64,000 bases of DNA, taken from positions 3,765-67,764 of the forward strand of contig DATDFC010000041.1 of NCBI GenBank assembly GCA_036522815.1, given 5' to 3'. The stretch comes from Gemmatimonadales bacterium. Its GTDB lineage: Bacteria > Gemmatimonadota > Gemmatimonadetes > Gemmatimonadales > GWC2-71-9. Under the pieces are notes generated by a model that was given only the letters and a program-made list of their open reading frames with translations, was not told the DNA's origin and ran no database searches. Below, one piece after another: positions 19,401-28,025 of this stretch (position 1 is the stretch's first letter; each line of letters starts with the position of its first letter). The position numbers were made by a program, and so were the translations under genes.

Positions 19401-19867
19401 GTAAAGCGACCGTCGGCGCCCGTCTTGGCCGTGAGCGCCGTCCCGACGAGCGTGACCATCGCGTCCACCACCGGAGCCCCGGTGCTCGAGTCTCTGACCG
19501 TTCCGGCGATCGACCCGGACTGTCGCCGCGCGCGCCCGGCCGATCGGTCCGTGACGAGCAGAATCTGACCGCTGCCGTCCAGCGTGGACGCGACACCGGT
19601 GCCGTGCAGCAGCGCATCGAGCGCGGCCTCAACCCGCACCGCGGCGAGCTGCACGGACACCGGTCGGTTCAGCGGCACGACGCGACCGGAGTAGGCGATA
19701 CGCACGCCGGTCTGCCGCGCGACCGTGTCGAGCGCGTCCTTCAGGGGCACGCCCTCGAGCGTGAGCGTCACCGTGCGGTCCAACGGCGACGCGGCGGCCG
19801 CCTGCTGCGACCAAACCGGCGCCGTCGCCGCGACGAGCAACCCTGCAAACGGAATCAGCAATCGCAT
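16469..19867 (-). CDS. SusC/RagA TonB-dependent transducer with N-terminal STN signalling domain (susC2)
   Basis: AGGAG RBS, MRLLIP signal peptide. STN-like 'VTLTLEGVPLKDALDTVARQTGVRIAYS', plug and barrel motifs, C-terminal Phe. Confidence 0.95.
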   Translation of the reverse strand: MRLLIPFAGLLVAATAPVWSQQAAAASPLDRTVTLTLEGVPLKDALDTVARQTGVRIAYSGRVVPLNRPVSVQLAAVRVEAALDALLHGTGVASTLDGSGQILLVTDRSAGRARRQSGSIAGTVRDSSTGAPVVDAMVTLVGTALTAKTGADGRFTIPGVAAGSYRIRVRMLGYTAALVSVTVQDGEQAVADVQLARSAIELNPVVAIGYGAADRRNLTGAVASVTAEQFETKAAPTVTLTAGLQGKVAGVQVTSNSGMPGVGIQVRVRGTGSITANTEPLYVIDGLPAEQGSNDTDPKNNPLMSVDPNEIESIDILKDASATAIYGARGANGVVLITTKRGQTGTTQFTVESSVGFQNIAKTISVLNAPQFMQLSNQAYLNAGGAPASVPFSAAQIASAVTYNYPAMMLRTGLQANQGLSLSGGDQKLRYLISGNFTRQQGIEIGSDFNRYSVRLNLDGNASSRFRWGSSLSMTRVARNAARVENGSLGNSANGIQAAMQFAPFQAPKDSAGNWIKTSPSTEPVPNPIANALEETDLNTTSRLLGSVFGELALSPSLKLKSTLGGNFQFDGIHFFAPRTILDGGNSGSGWMYTSQGRNLTSENTITYARPLGPGNLDLLGGFSVQTWYDESVTATAAGFPTDFTNVYNLGSGSQLYPPGSGVSEHALISYLGRANYNVADKYLFTLTGRRDGSSVFGANHKWGFFPSGAFAWRMGDEQFMRGQSLFSDLKLRLSYGTVGNQAVNPYQSLSQLSVGWVASGPTEIPAMTLSSLMPNPDLHWEQKTEFNAGLDGAVLDNRVAFSLDVYRSKTRDLLLLMNVPVTTGYSQQLQNVGSIQNNGVELSLTTVNVSRPDLNWRSTLTLSHNGNQVLDLGTRPDTSGKPVPIRQFTVTPRTGNFFDAGDVYLVRVGEPLGAIYGYQVTGLWQRGDTGAACYLTDKTACTPGEYKVADLNGDGKITAADRTILGNSQPKFFGGFSNTVTYGRFSLDALLNFVYGNKVINAGNAYGCLDIMQANERTCVLDHWDSTHTNTMVPRPNRDRARSLYSTFVEDGSYLRLQTLTLGYDLPAGLLFRGAASARVYVTGQNLFTITGYSGFDPDVNSQGGDPRYGLIDIGAYPRSRVWNFGVRATF

Positions 19868-19883
19868 GGTGGGTCTCCTCCGA

Positions 19884-20897
19884 TTACGGTCGCCGACGCG
19901 AGGGTGTGAGTCGCGCCGTCCTCCCGGACCTGGTCCAGCGGGCGTCGACCACCTGGGCGAGCATCGCGAGGGCTTCATCGACCGAGCGGGTGGCGAACGC
20001 GATGGTGAGCCGTTCATCGGACCCCGCCACGCCGGTCACCGCGATATCCACGTCGTACCAGCGCTCCAGCTGCGTTACGACCTCGTCCAGGGGCGCATCG
20101 TGGAACACGAGAGTGCCGCGGGTCCACCCGAGGTAGTCTCCGAGCGAGACACCCGACGTCGCCTGCAACACGCCGCGCGCGTCGAGCACGCCGCGATCAC
20201 GCGACCGCAGGCTGAGCACCGAGTCGCCGCCCCGCAGGGCCACCCGGCCGGCCGCGACCACGACCTGGAGGTAGTCGTCCTCCGGGTACGCTCGCACGTC
20301 GAAGCTGGTGCCGAGATCCTCCGTCACGCCCCGGCGGGTGCGCACCAGGAAGGGACGCCGGGGGTCGTGCCGTACCACGAAGTACGCCTCGCCGTCGAGC
20401 TCGACGGCGCGTGCACTGATGCCGAAGTCGCGCGGCACGCGCAGCCGCGTGCCCACGCTCAACAACACGCGGCTGGAGTCGGGGAGCTCGAGCTGGAGGC
20501 GCTGTCCGGGCTGCGTGGCGTATTCGCGAAACGGCGCTACGCGCGGGCGGAGCCGCCACACGAGCGTGCCGGCCACGACACAGGCGATCGCCGCGGCGAT
20601 GCGGACCATCCCAAACCGCGGCGCTGCACGCCGCAACGGTCGGGGCCGCGCGGAGAACCCGGCCGACCCCTGCGCCGCGTGACGGCCGCGGCCTCGCAGC
20701 AGTCGGATCCGGGCCTCCGCGACGACCCAGGGCCGTGTGGTCGAGCCCGTGAGGCGCCACAGGGCGCGGATCTCGTCGAGCAGCTCACCGCGCTGCGGAT
20801 CGGCGGCGATCCACGCCTGGATCGCGGCCGCCTCGTCGGGCGAGCAGTCGCCCTCGACGAAGCGCAGCAGGTCGGACTGTTCGATCCCCTCCGCCAT
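19884..20897 (-). CDS. FecR-family anti-sigma factor
   Basis: N-terminal cytoplasmic helix, TM segment, 'LPDSSRV.L', 'LDGEAYF.V.HD..RPF.V', 'LGTSFDV', 'W..G.LVF'. Confidence 0.92.
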   Translation of the reverse strand: MAEGIEQSDLLRFVEGDCSPDEAAAIQAWIAADPQRGELLDEIRALWRLTGSTTRPWVVAEARIRLLRGRGRHAAQGSAGFSARPRPLRRAAPRFGMVRIAAAIACVVAGTLVWRLRPRVAPFREYATQPGQRLQLELPDSSRVLLSVGTRLRVPRDFGISARAVELDGEAYFVVRHDPRRPFLVRTRRGVTEDLGTSFDVRAYPEDDYLQVVVAAGRVALRGGDSVLSLRSRDRGVLDARGVLQATSGVSLGDYLGWTRGTLVFHDAPLDEVVTQLERWYDVDIAVTGVAGSDERLTIAFATRSVDEALAMLAQVVDARWTRSGRTARLTPSRRRP

Positions 20898-20954
20898 GGC
20901 GAGCCTCCTGCCTCGACAACCCGCGAAGGGGACGGGAGTATGACGGCGCAGCGA

Positions 20955-21551
20955 CTAGCCGACGCGGTCTTCGGAAATGCGGGGACGAGCCAGGTAGGGT
21001 GCCAGCTTGGCGCGCAGCCGCAGCGTGGCGCGCCACATCTGCGACTTCACCGTGCCGAGCGAGATGCCCAGGCGGGTCGCGATCTCACGATAGCTCAGCT
21101 GCTCGCGGCGGCGCAGCACGAAGATCGCGCGGCAGCGCTTCGGCAGCTCGGCGATGGCCTGCTGCACGGCCGCGTCGAGCTCGCTCCGCAGGCACAGGTC
21201 TTCCGGAGTGTCGCACGGCGGAATCTCTTCACCGGCCGCGCGGGCAATCCACGCCGTCACGACGCGACGGTGGCGCAGATACTTGAGGGCACGGTTCCGG
21301 GCCGCCACGTAGAGGTAGGGCCGCGTGAGCCGGCTCGCATCGCGCGGGCCGCGGCTGTCCCAGAGACGCAAGAACAAATCCTGCACCAGATCCTGCGCGG
21401 CTTCCGCCGACCCCACGAAGCGGAGCACGTATTCGCACAGCTCGACGTAATAGGCCTGGAAGGCCGATTCCCAGGAATGCGATGACTGCGGCGTGGCGCG
21501 CGCCACGCGATGGGGGAACGGCAGCGGAGAGCGGCGATGTGTGTCGAGCAT
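20955..21551 (-). CDS. ECF RNA polymerase sigma-70 factor
   Basis: Region 2 'AQDLVQDLFLRLW', region 4 'LPKRCRAIFVL...LSYREIA..LGISLGTVKSQM'. Start uncertain (21551, or up to 21617). Confidence 0.9.
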   Translation of the reverse strand: MLDTHRRSPLPFPHRVARATPQSSHSWESAFQAYYVELCEYVLRFVGSAEAAQDLVQDLFLRLWDSRGPRDASRLTRPYLYVAARNRALKYLRHRRVVTAWIARAAGEEIPPCDTPEDLCLRSELDAAVQQAIAELPKRCRAIFVLRRREQLSYREIATRLGISLGTVKSQMWRATLRLRAKLAPYLARPRISEDRVG

Positions 21552-21676
21552 GTGGCCTGTGGTGAGCGACCGTTGCGGCGTCGCAACAGGTCCCCGGTTC
21601 ACGCCGTTGTGCGTCAAGTCACGAGTTGCAAGTTCGAGACCGCCGGTGATCTTCCTGTAACGAGGTCGAAACCAGA

Positions 21677-23167
21677 GTGCACGCCGCGAGCGGCCTTCCT
21701 TTAGTCGGTCGGGCCCAGTGGCCGAACAGCGCCTACCGCCGGGACGAGCTGCCCGAGCGCGTGCTGCAGTTCGGCACCGGCATGCTGCTGCGCGCCTTGT
21801 GCGCCGCGTCCGTGGACGCCGCCAACCGCGCCGGCGCGTTCCACGGCCGCATCGTGGTCGTACAGAGCACCCCGCACGGCAGCGCGCGGGCGATCAACGC
21901 CCAGGAGGGGTTGTTCACGCTGGTGGAACGCGGCTTGCTCGCTGGCGCGCCGATCGAGCGCACCCGCCTGATCGGCGCCGTGTCGCGTGCGCTGGTCGCC
22001 GATACGGAGTGGCAGGCGGTGCGCGCCGCCGTCCTACAACCCGAGCTGCAAGTGATCGTGAGCAACGTGACTGAAGCCGGTTTCCGGCTGGAGGCGGGAT
22101 TCCCCGCCAAGCTGGTCGACGTCCTGCACGCGCGCTTCGAGCGGCTGCCGGACGGGCCGCCGCTGTACGTGATTCCGACCGAGCTCGTCCCCGACAACGG
22201 ACCGCGTCTCGCCGCGATGATCGACCGGCTGGCGTCGCAGTGCGGCGAGCGGTTCCGCGCCTGGCTCGCCTCCCACGTGCACTTCTGCTCCTCGCTCGTG
22301 GACCGCATTACCACCGGCAGCCCGCCCCCCGAAACGCGCGCCACGCTCGAGGCACAGCTCGGCTACTCGGACGAGCTGCTCACCGTCACGGAGCCGTACG
22401 CCCTGTGGGCCATCGAAGGGGACCCGGCTGCGCTGCGGGCGGCGTTTCCGATCGATGGGGCTCCCCACGCGGTGGTGTTCGCGTCCGACATCGCGCTGTA
22501 CCGGGAGCGCAAGCTGCGCCTGCTGAACGGGGCGCACACCGCGCTCGCCCCGCTGGCTTTGCTCGCCGGAGTGGCGACCGTGCGGGAGGCGGCGGAGCAT
22601 CCGCGGCTGGGGCCATTTCTCGAGCGCACGCTGTTCCAGGAGCTCGTGCCGGCGACCGACGTGCCACCCGTCCAGGCGCAGGCATTCGCCGCGAGTGTGC
22701 TCGAGCGGTTTCGCAATCCCTGGCTCGAGCACGAGTGGCGCGTGATCGCCACCAACCAGACCATGAAGATGCGGGTACGCGTCGCGCCGGCGATCGAGCG
22801 ATTCGTCCAGCAGGAGCGGCGCGTTCCGCAGGGCCTCGCGCTCGCGTGCGCCGCCCACCTGCGATATCTTCGCCCGGTTTCCGAGGGCGCACCGCCCGGG
22901 TCCGCGCCGCACGGGCGGTGGCGCGGCCGCACGTATCCGATCAGCGATGCCGATCTCCCGCTCGTCGCCCGGCACTGGCTGCCGTTGGACATCGATCACG
23001 TGTCCGGCCCGCTCCCGCGCGACATGCTGGAGCGGCTCACGGCCCACGCCCTGGCCGACGAGGCGCTGTGGGGTTCTTCTCTCGCGCGGCTTCCCGGTTT
23101 CCTCGAGGCGACCACCCAGGCGCTGGCGCGACTCGAGCACGAAAGCGTAGAGGCGACTCTCGGATGA
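21677..23167 (+). CDS. uxaB: Tagaturonate reductase / altronate oxidoreductase-like (mannitol dehydrogenase family)
   Basis: 'PERVLQFGTG..LR', 'VSNVTEAG', 'FPAKL', 'PTEL..DNG', 'LVDRI', 'RKLRLLNGAH', 'RFRNP'. Confidence 0.82.
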   Translation: MHAASGLPLVGRAQWPNSAYRRDELPERVLQFGTGMLLRALCAASVDAANRAGAFHGRIVVVQSTPHGSARAINAQEGLFTLVERGLLAGAPIERTRLIGAVSRALVADTEWQAVRAAVLQPELQVIVSNVTEAGFRLEAGFPAKLVDVLHARFERLPDGPPLYVIPTELVPDNGPRLAAMIDRLASQCGERFRAWLASHVHFCSSLVDRITTGSPPPETRATLEAQLGYSDELLTVTEPYALWAIEGDPAALRAAFPIDGAPHAVVFASDIALYRERKLRLLNGAHTALAPLALLAGVATVREAAEHPRLGPFLERTLFQELVPATDVPPVQAQAFAASVLERFRNPWLEHEWRVIATNQTMKMRVRVAPAIERFVQQERRVPQGLALACAAHLRYLRPVSEGAPPGSAPHGRWRGRTYPISDADLPLVARHWLPLDIDHVSGPLPRDMLERLTAHALADEALWGSSLARLPGFLEATTQALARLEHESVEATLG

Positions 23168-23817
23168 TCGATGCGGCATTAGCGAGCGGCGTGATCGCGG
23201 TGGTGCGGCTCCCGGCGGGTGCCGACTTTCGCGCCCTGGCGAGCGCGCTCGTCGCCGGGGGCGTGAGCGTCGTGGAGATCACCCTGACGACGCCGGGCGC
23301 AGTGGCGGCGATTCGCGACCTCACGGCGCAAGGCGGCGTCGCCGGCGCGGTCGTGGGCGCGGGCACGGTGCTGGACGAGGGGTCCGCGCGCGACGTCATC
23401 GCCGCCGGCGCGCGCTTCGTCGTGAGCCCGACCCTCGATCAGGGCGTCATGCGCTGCTGTCGCGACGCGAACGTTCCCTGCATGCCGGGCGCGCTCACGC
23501 CGCGCGAGCTGCTCGAGGCGTCGCGCGCCGGTGCATCGCACATCAAACTGTTTCCCGCCTCGCTCGTTGGACCGCGCTACATTCGCGAGGTGCTCGCCCC
23601 GCTGCCGTTTCTTCGCCTGGTGCCGTCCGGTGGCGTGTCGCTCGACAACGCGGGCGACTGGATCCGCGCCGGCGCGATCGCGGTCAGCCTCGGGGGCGCC
23701 CTGGTGAGCCCGTCGCTCGTCGCGGAGCAAGGCTGGGACCGGCTGACGGCGCGCGCCCGCGCGCTGATCGACCGCGTGGCGGTGGCTCGCCGCCAGCCCG
23801 CCGAGGCACCGGCGTGA
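23164..23817 (+). CDS. eda: KDPG/KHG aldolase
   Basis: 'VEITL.TP', 'GAGTVL', 'GARFVVSP', 'PGALTP.E', 'KLFPA', 'PSGGV'. Confidence 0.9.
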   Translation: MIDAALASGVIAVVRLPAGADFRALASALVAGGVSVVEITLTTPGAVAAIRDLTAQGGVAGAVVGAGTVLDEGSARDVIAAGARFVVSPTLDQGVMRCCRDANVPCMPGALTPRELLEASRAGASHIKLFPASLVGPRYIREVLAPLPFLRLVPSGGVSLDNAGDWIRAGAIAVSLGGALVSPSLVAEQGWDRLTARARALIDRVAVARRQPAEAPA

Positions 23818-24797
23818 GCGGCGCGCGCGCGGTGACGTTCGGCGAGCTGATGCTGCGCCTCAGCCCGCCCGGACAGGAGCGCCTGTTCCAAACGCCCGAG
23901 CTCCGCACGGGCTTCGGTGGGTGCGAGGCCAATGTCGCCGTGGGGCTGGCGCAGCTCGGCGTGCGCGCCGATTACGTCACCCGGCTGCCCGACAACGCCA
24001 TCGGCCACGCCGCGCTGCACGCGCTGCAAGCCGAGGGCGTGGGCACGGGATCGATCGCGCTCGGCGCGGTGAGCGAGCGCATGGGGATCTATTTCGTCGA
24101 GCCGGGCGCCGATATCCGCGCCAGTCGCGTCGTCTACGACCGGGTCGGCTCCGCGTTCGCCGCCATCACGCCCCAGACGGTGGATTGGGCGAAGGCGGTT
24201 CAGGGCGCCGCCTGGTTTCACGGCTCCGGCATCACCCCCGCCCTCGGGGAAGGCCCGCACGCGGCACTCGCCGCGGCGATCGCCGCCGCGCGGTCGAGCG
24301 GGGTGCGCATCAGCCTGGATCTCAACTACCGGCCCGCCCTCTGGCAGGGACGCGAGCCTCGGTCATTGATCGAGCCGCTCGTGAAAGGAGCCGACCTGTT
24401 GATCGGCAACCGCGACGCGGTGCGCGGCATGCTCGGCGTGGAAGGGCCCGACGATTCCCTGGCCCAGCGGCTCGCCGAGCGGTACGGCTGTCGCCGCGTG
24501 GCCCTGACGCGGCGCGAAGTACTCTCGGCGAGCGAGCACGGCTGGAGCGCCGCGCTGTACGACGCGTCGTCCGGGGGCGCCTGGCAGAGCCGGCGCTACC
24601 AGGTGCGTGTGGTGGACCGGGTGGGCGGCGGCGACTCCTTCGCCGCAGGCCTGATCGCCGCGCTCGCCGCCGATCGAGACCCCGCCGACGCCGTGCAGTT
24701 CGCCGCCGCGGCCGGCGCCTTGAAATTGACCATCCCAGGCGACTGGAATCGGGCCACCCCGCAGGAGATCGAGCAGCTGGTGCGCGCATGCACATGA
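23814..24797 (+). CDS. kdgK: 2-dehydro-3-deoxygluconokinase (PfkB family)
   Basis: 'FGELMLRLSPP', 'GGCEANVA', 'DLNYRPALW', 'VDRVGGGDSFAAG'. Confidence 0.9.
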   Translation: MSGARAVTFGELMLRLSPPGQERLFQTPELRTGFGGCEANVAVGLAQLGVRADYVTRLPDNAIGHAALHALQAEGVGTGSIALGAVSERMGIYFVEPGADIRASRVVYDRVGSAFAAITPQTVDWAKAVQGAAWFHGSGITPALGEGPHAALAAAIAAARSSGVRISLDLNYRPALWQGREPRSLIEPLVKGADLLIGNRDAVRGMLGVEGPDDSLAQRLAERYGCRRVALTRREVLSASEHGWSAALYDASSGGAWQSRRYQVRVVDRVGGGDSFAAGLIAALAADRDPADAVQFAAAAGALKLTIPGDWNRATPQEIEQLVRACT

Positions 24798-25837
24798 CGT
24801 TCCGCTGGTTCGGGCGCGACGACCCGATCCCGCTGGCGCACATCCGGCACATCCCGGGCGTCTCGGGCGTGGTGAGCGCGCTGTACGACGTGCCGGTGGG
24901 CGCGGCCTGGAGCCGCGAGCGCCTCGAGCGCCTCAAGGGAGAGATCGAGGGCGCCGGACTCACGTTCGCCGTGGTCGAGAGCATTCCCGTGCACGAGGAC
25001 ATCAAGCTCGGCCGCCCGGGCCGCGACCGGCTCATCGCGAACTATTGTGAAAGCGTGGGCGCCATGGGCGCGCTCCGCATTCCGGTACTGTGCTACAACT
25101 TCATGCCGGTGTTCGACTGGCTGCGCACCGACCTGGCGCAGCCGTTGGCCGACGGATCGACGGCACTGGCGTACGACGACCGGGCGCTCGCGGCCATGGA
25201 CCTGTCGCGCGGCACGGGCGATCTCCCGGGGTGGGCCACGGCGTACGGCGCCGCGGAGCTCGAGCGGCTGCTCGCGGCGTACCGGGAGGTGGATGCCGAG
25301 CGCCTGTGGGACAACCTCGCCTACTTTCTCGAGCGCGTGGTCCCGGTAGCCGGGCAGGTGGGCGTGCGGATGGCGATCCATCCGGACGACCCCCCCTGGC
25401 CGATCTTCGGTCTGCCGCGGATCATCTGCCGGGGCCCCGATCTCGAGCGCCTGGTGGCGCTGGTGGACAGGCCGGCGAACGGCGTGACGTTCTGCACGGG
25501 ATCGCTCGGCGCCGATCCGGAAAACGATCTGCCCGCCATGGTGCGGCGCATCGGCGATCGCATTCACTTCGCCCACTGCCGCAACGTGCGCGTCACGGGA
25601 GAGCGGCGCTTTCACGAGACGGCCCACCCGTCGGCCTGCGGCGGCGTGGACCTGTACGAGGTGCTGCGCGCGCTGCGCGACATCGGCTTCACGGGGCCGA
25701 TGCGACCCGATCACGGGCGCATGATCTGGGGCGAGCGCGGGCGTCCCGGGTACGGCCTGTACGACCGGGCGCTGGGCGCCATGTACCTCCAGGGGCTGTG
25801 GGAGGGACTGACGCGAGGGAACGCGTCCGGCGCATGA
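24788..25837 (+). CDS. uxuA: Mannonate dehydratase
   Basis: 'MTFRWFG', 'ESIPVHEDIK', 'CYNFMPVFDW.RT', 'IHPDDPP', 'RPDHGR', 'PGY.LYDRALG'. Confidence 0.95.
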   Translation: MHMTFRWFGRDDPIPLAHIRHIPGVSGVVSALYDVPVGAAWSRERLERLKGEIEGAGLTFAVVESIPVHEDIKLGRPGRDRLIANYCESVGAMGALRIPVLCYNFMPVFDWLRTDLAQPLADGSTALAYDDRALAAMDLSRGTGDLPGWATAYGAAELERLLAAYREVDAERLWDNLAYFLERVVPVAGQVGVRMAIHPDDPPWPIFGLPRIICRGPDLERLVALVDRPANGVTFCTGSLGADPENDLPAMVRRIGDRIHFAHCRNVRVTGERRFHETAHPSACGGVDLYEVLRALRDIGFTGPMRPDHGRMIWGERGRPGYGLYDRALGAMYLQGLWEGLTRGNASGA

Positions 25838-26892
25838 CCGTTCACATCGGCCTCGTCGGGTGCGGCAACATCAGCGACACCCATGCGCGCGCGGCTCGCG
25901 AGGTCGGAGACGTCGAGCTCGTAGCGTTTTGGGGACGCGACCCTGCCAAGGCGTCCGCCATGGCGCAGCGATACGGGGGCAAGGCCTATCGGGAGCAGGA
26001 CGCGTTTCTCGCGCACCGGCCCATGGACGTCGTAGTCGTGGGGACGCCGTCGGGTCTGCACGCCGAGCACGCGCAGGCGGCGGCGCGCCAGGGGTTGCAC
26101 GTGCTGGTGGAGAAGCCGCTCGACATCACGACCGCGCGCATCGACGGGCTCACGGCCGAGTGCGACCGGGCCGGCGTCAAGCTGGGCGTGATCTTTCAGG
26201 ATCGCGCGGCGCCCGACCTGATCTGGCTGAAGCGCCTCATCGCACGGGGCGGGCTCGGCCGCCCCATCGTGGCGTCGGCCCGCGTGCGGTGGTACCGCCC
26301 CCCGGAGTATTACACGGGCTCGCGCTGGCGCGGAACCTGGGGACTCGATGGCGGCGGCGCCCTGATGAATCAGGGGATCCACACCATCGACCTGCTGCTC
26401 TGGCTGCTCGGGGACGTCGACCGCGTGTACGCCACCACCCGCACGGCGCTGCACGCGATTGCCGTGGAGGACACGGCGGTCGCGTGCCTCGAGTTCGCGA
26501 GCGGCGCCGTCGGTACCCTCGAGGCGACGACTGCGGCGTTTCCGGGGCTGCCGCGTCGGGTCGAGCTCACCGGCTCGGAGGGAACGATCGTGGTCGAGCG
26601 GGACCGGGTCGTCTCGGTCGAGCTGCGGACGCCGCTGGAAGCGCCGCCGCACGATGACGAGCCGTCCGGCAACGCCAGTGCGTCATCGCCGGTGGTCGCG
26701 GACGCGCGTGGCCACACACGGGTGCTCCAGGACTTCGTGGCTACGATCACTTCGGGCGCGGCCCCGCTGTGCGACGGTCGCGAGGGTCGCCGGAGCGTCG
26801 CGCTGGTGGAGGCGATGTACCGCTCGGCTCGGGCGGGAGCGCCAGTGGTCGTCGCGGAACGGGAGGGCGTGCTTGACGCACTCGAACGTTAA
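25834..26892 (+). CDS. Gfo/Idh/MocA family NAD(P)-dependent oxidoreductase
   Basis: 'GLVGCGNI', 'HVLVEKP', 'WRG.W..DGGGALMNQGIH.ID'. Confidence 0.92.
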   Translation: MTVHIGLVGCGNISDTHARAAREVGDVELVAFWGRDPAKASAMAQRYGGKAYREQDAFLAHRPMDVVVVGTPSGLHAEHAQAAARQGLHVLVEKPLDITTARIDGLTAECDRAGVKLGVIFQDRAAPDLIWLKRLIARGGLGRPIVASARVRWYRPPEYYTGSRWRGTWGLDGGGALMNQGIHTIDLLLWLLGDVDRVYATTRTALHAIAVEDTAVACLEFASGAVGTLEATTAAFPGLPRRVELTGSEGTIVVERDRVVSVELRTPLEAPPHDDEPSGNASASSPVVADARGHTRVLQDFVATITSGAAPLCDGREGRRSVALVEAMYRSARAGAPVVVAEREGVLDALER

Positions 26893-27910
26893 GGTCGCGC
26901 CGGCGGTCCCCACGCGCCGGGCGGGGGGGCGGTGGCGCCTCGTGTCCCGGGCGGCGGCCCGCGCCTCGCTGGCGCGCCTCGGGCCGGCGCTGGCGCTCGT
27001 AGCGGTTGTCCTGGTCTTCGCGCTGCTCACCGACGCGCCGGCGCGGTACCTCTCGCCGGTCAACCTGCGCATCGTCCTGTCGCAAACGGTGATCGTCGCC
27101 CTCGGGGCGATCGGCATGACGCTGATCATGATCAGCGGCGGCATCGACCTTTCGGTGGGCGCGGCGATCGCGCTCACGGGCGTGGTGGCGGCGCTCGGGC
27201 TTGCCGCGGGATGGTCCCCCGCGGCCGCCACCGCCGCGGCGCTCGTGGCAGGCGGACTGGTGGGCCTGGGCAACGGCCTGCTCATCACGGGCCTGCGGGT
27301 GGTGCCATTCATCGCCACGCTGGGGATGCTGGGCATCGCGCGCGGCATCGCCAAATGGATCGCGCACGAGCAGACCGTCAACGTGCCGCCGACGTGGGTG
27401 AACGACCTGCTGGTGACGTTCCCGCGGCAGGCGTGGATGGTGCTCCCCCCCGGCGTCTGGATCATGCTCGCGCTGGCGGCGCTCACGGCGATGGTACTCT
27501 CCCGCACCGTGTTCGGCCGGCACGTGTTCGCGCTCGGCTCGAACGAGCTGGCCGCGCGCGCCTGCGGCATCGCGATCGACCGGCTCAAGCTGGCGATTTA
27601 CAGCTCTGCGGGCCTGTTCTTCGGGCTGGCCGGCGTGATGCAGCTGTCGCGGCTGCGCCAGGGAGATCCCACGGTGGCGATCGGGACGGAGCTCGACGTC
27701 ATCGCCGCGGTGGTGATCGGGGGCGGCAGCCTGCTGGGCGGCGAGGGGAGCGTGTTCGGCTCGGTGGTGGGCGCGCTCATCATGGCGTTCCTGCGCAACG
27801 GCTGCCAGCAGATGGGATGGCCCAACTACATCCAGGAGATCATCATCGGGGGAATCATTGTGCTCGCTGTAGCGCTCGATCGGGTGAGGGCGGGATGGGC
27901 CGGAACATGA
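26873..27910 (+). CDS. Sugar ABC transporter permease (RbsC-like)
   Basis: 'GGIDLSVG', 'PFIATLG', 'FGR.V.ALGSN..AA..CGI', 'ELDVIAAVVIGG.SL.GG.G'. TTG start after GGGAGG (start uncertain). Confidence 0.9.
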   Translation: MTHSNVKVAPAVPTRRAGGRWRLVSRAAARASLARLGPALALVAVVLVFALLTDAPARYLSPVNLRIVLSQTVIVALGAIGMTLIMISGGIDLSVGAAIALTGVVAALGLAAGWSPAAATAAALVAGGLVGLGNGLLITGLRVVPFIATLGMLGIARGIAKWIAHEQTVNVPPTWVNDLLVTFPRQAWMVLPPGVWIMLALAALTAMVLSRTVFGRHVFALGSNELAARACGIAIDRLKLAIYSSAGLFFGLAGVMQLSRLRQGDPTVAIGTELDVIAAVVIGGGSLLGGEGSVFGSVVGALIMAFLRNGCQQMGWPNYIQEIIIGGIIVLAVALDRVRAGWAGT

Positions 27911-28011
27911 ATGCGGAATGTGAAATGCGGAATGCGGAATGTCGCGGAAGGCGTCGCTCGGCGAGCGACCTTTCATGTCAATTCCGCCTTTGGCATTCCG
28001 CATTCCGCATT
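27910..28011. repeat. Inverted heptamer tandem repeat (AATGCGG)n ... (ATTCCGC)n forming a long stem-loop
   Basis: About five AATGCGG-like units at 27910-27944, inner hairpin GTCGCTC/GAGCGAC at 27953-27969, about four ATTCCGC-like units at 27981-28011. Confidence 0.85.
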
Positions 28012-28025
28012 GGGTGGAGGCGGCG

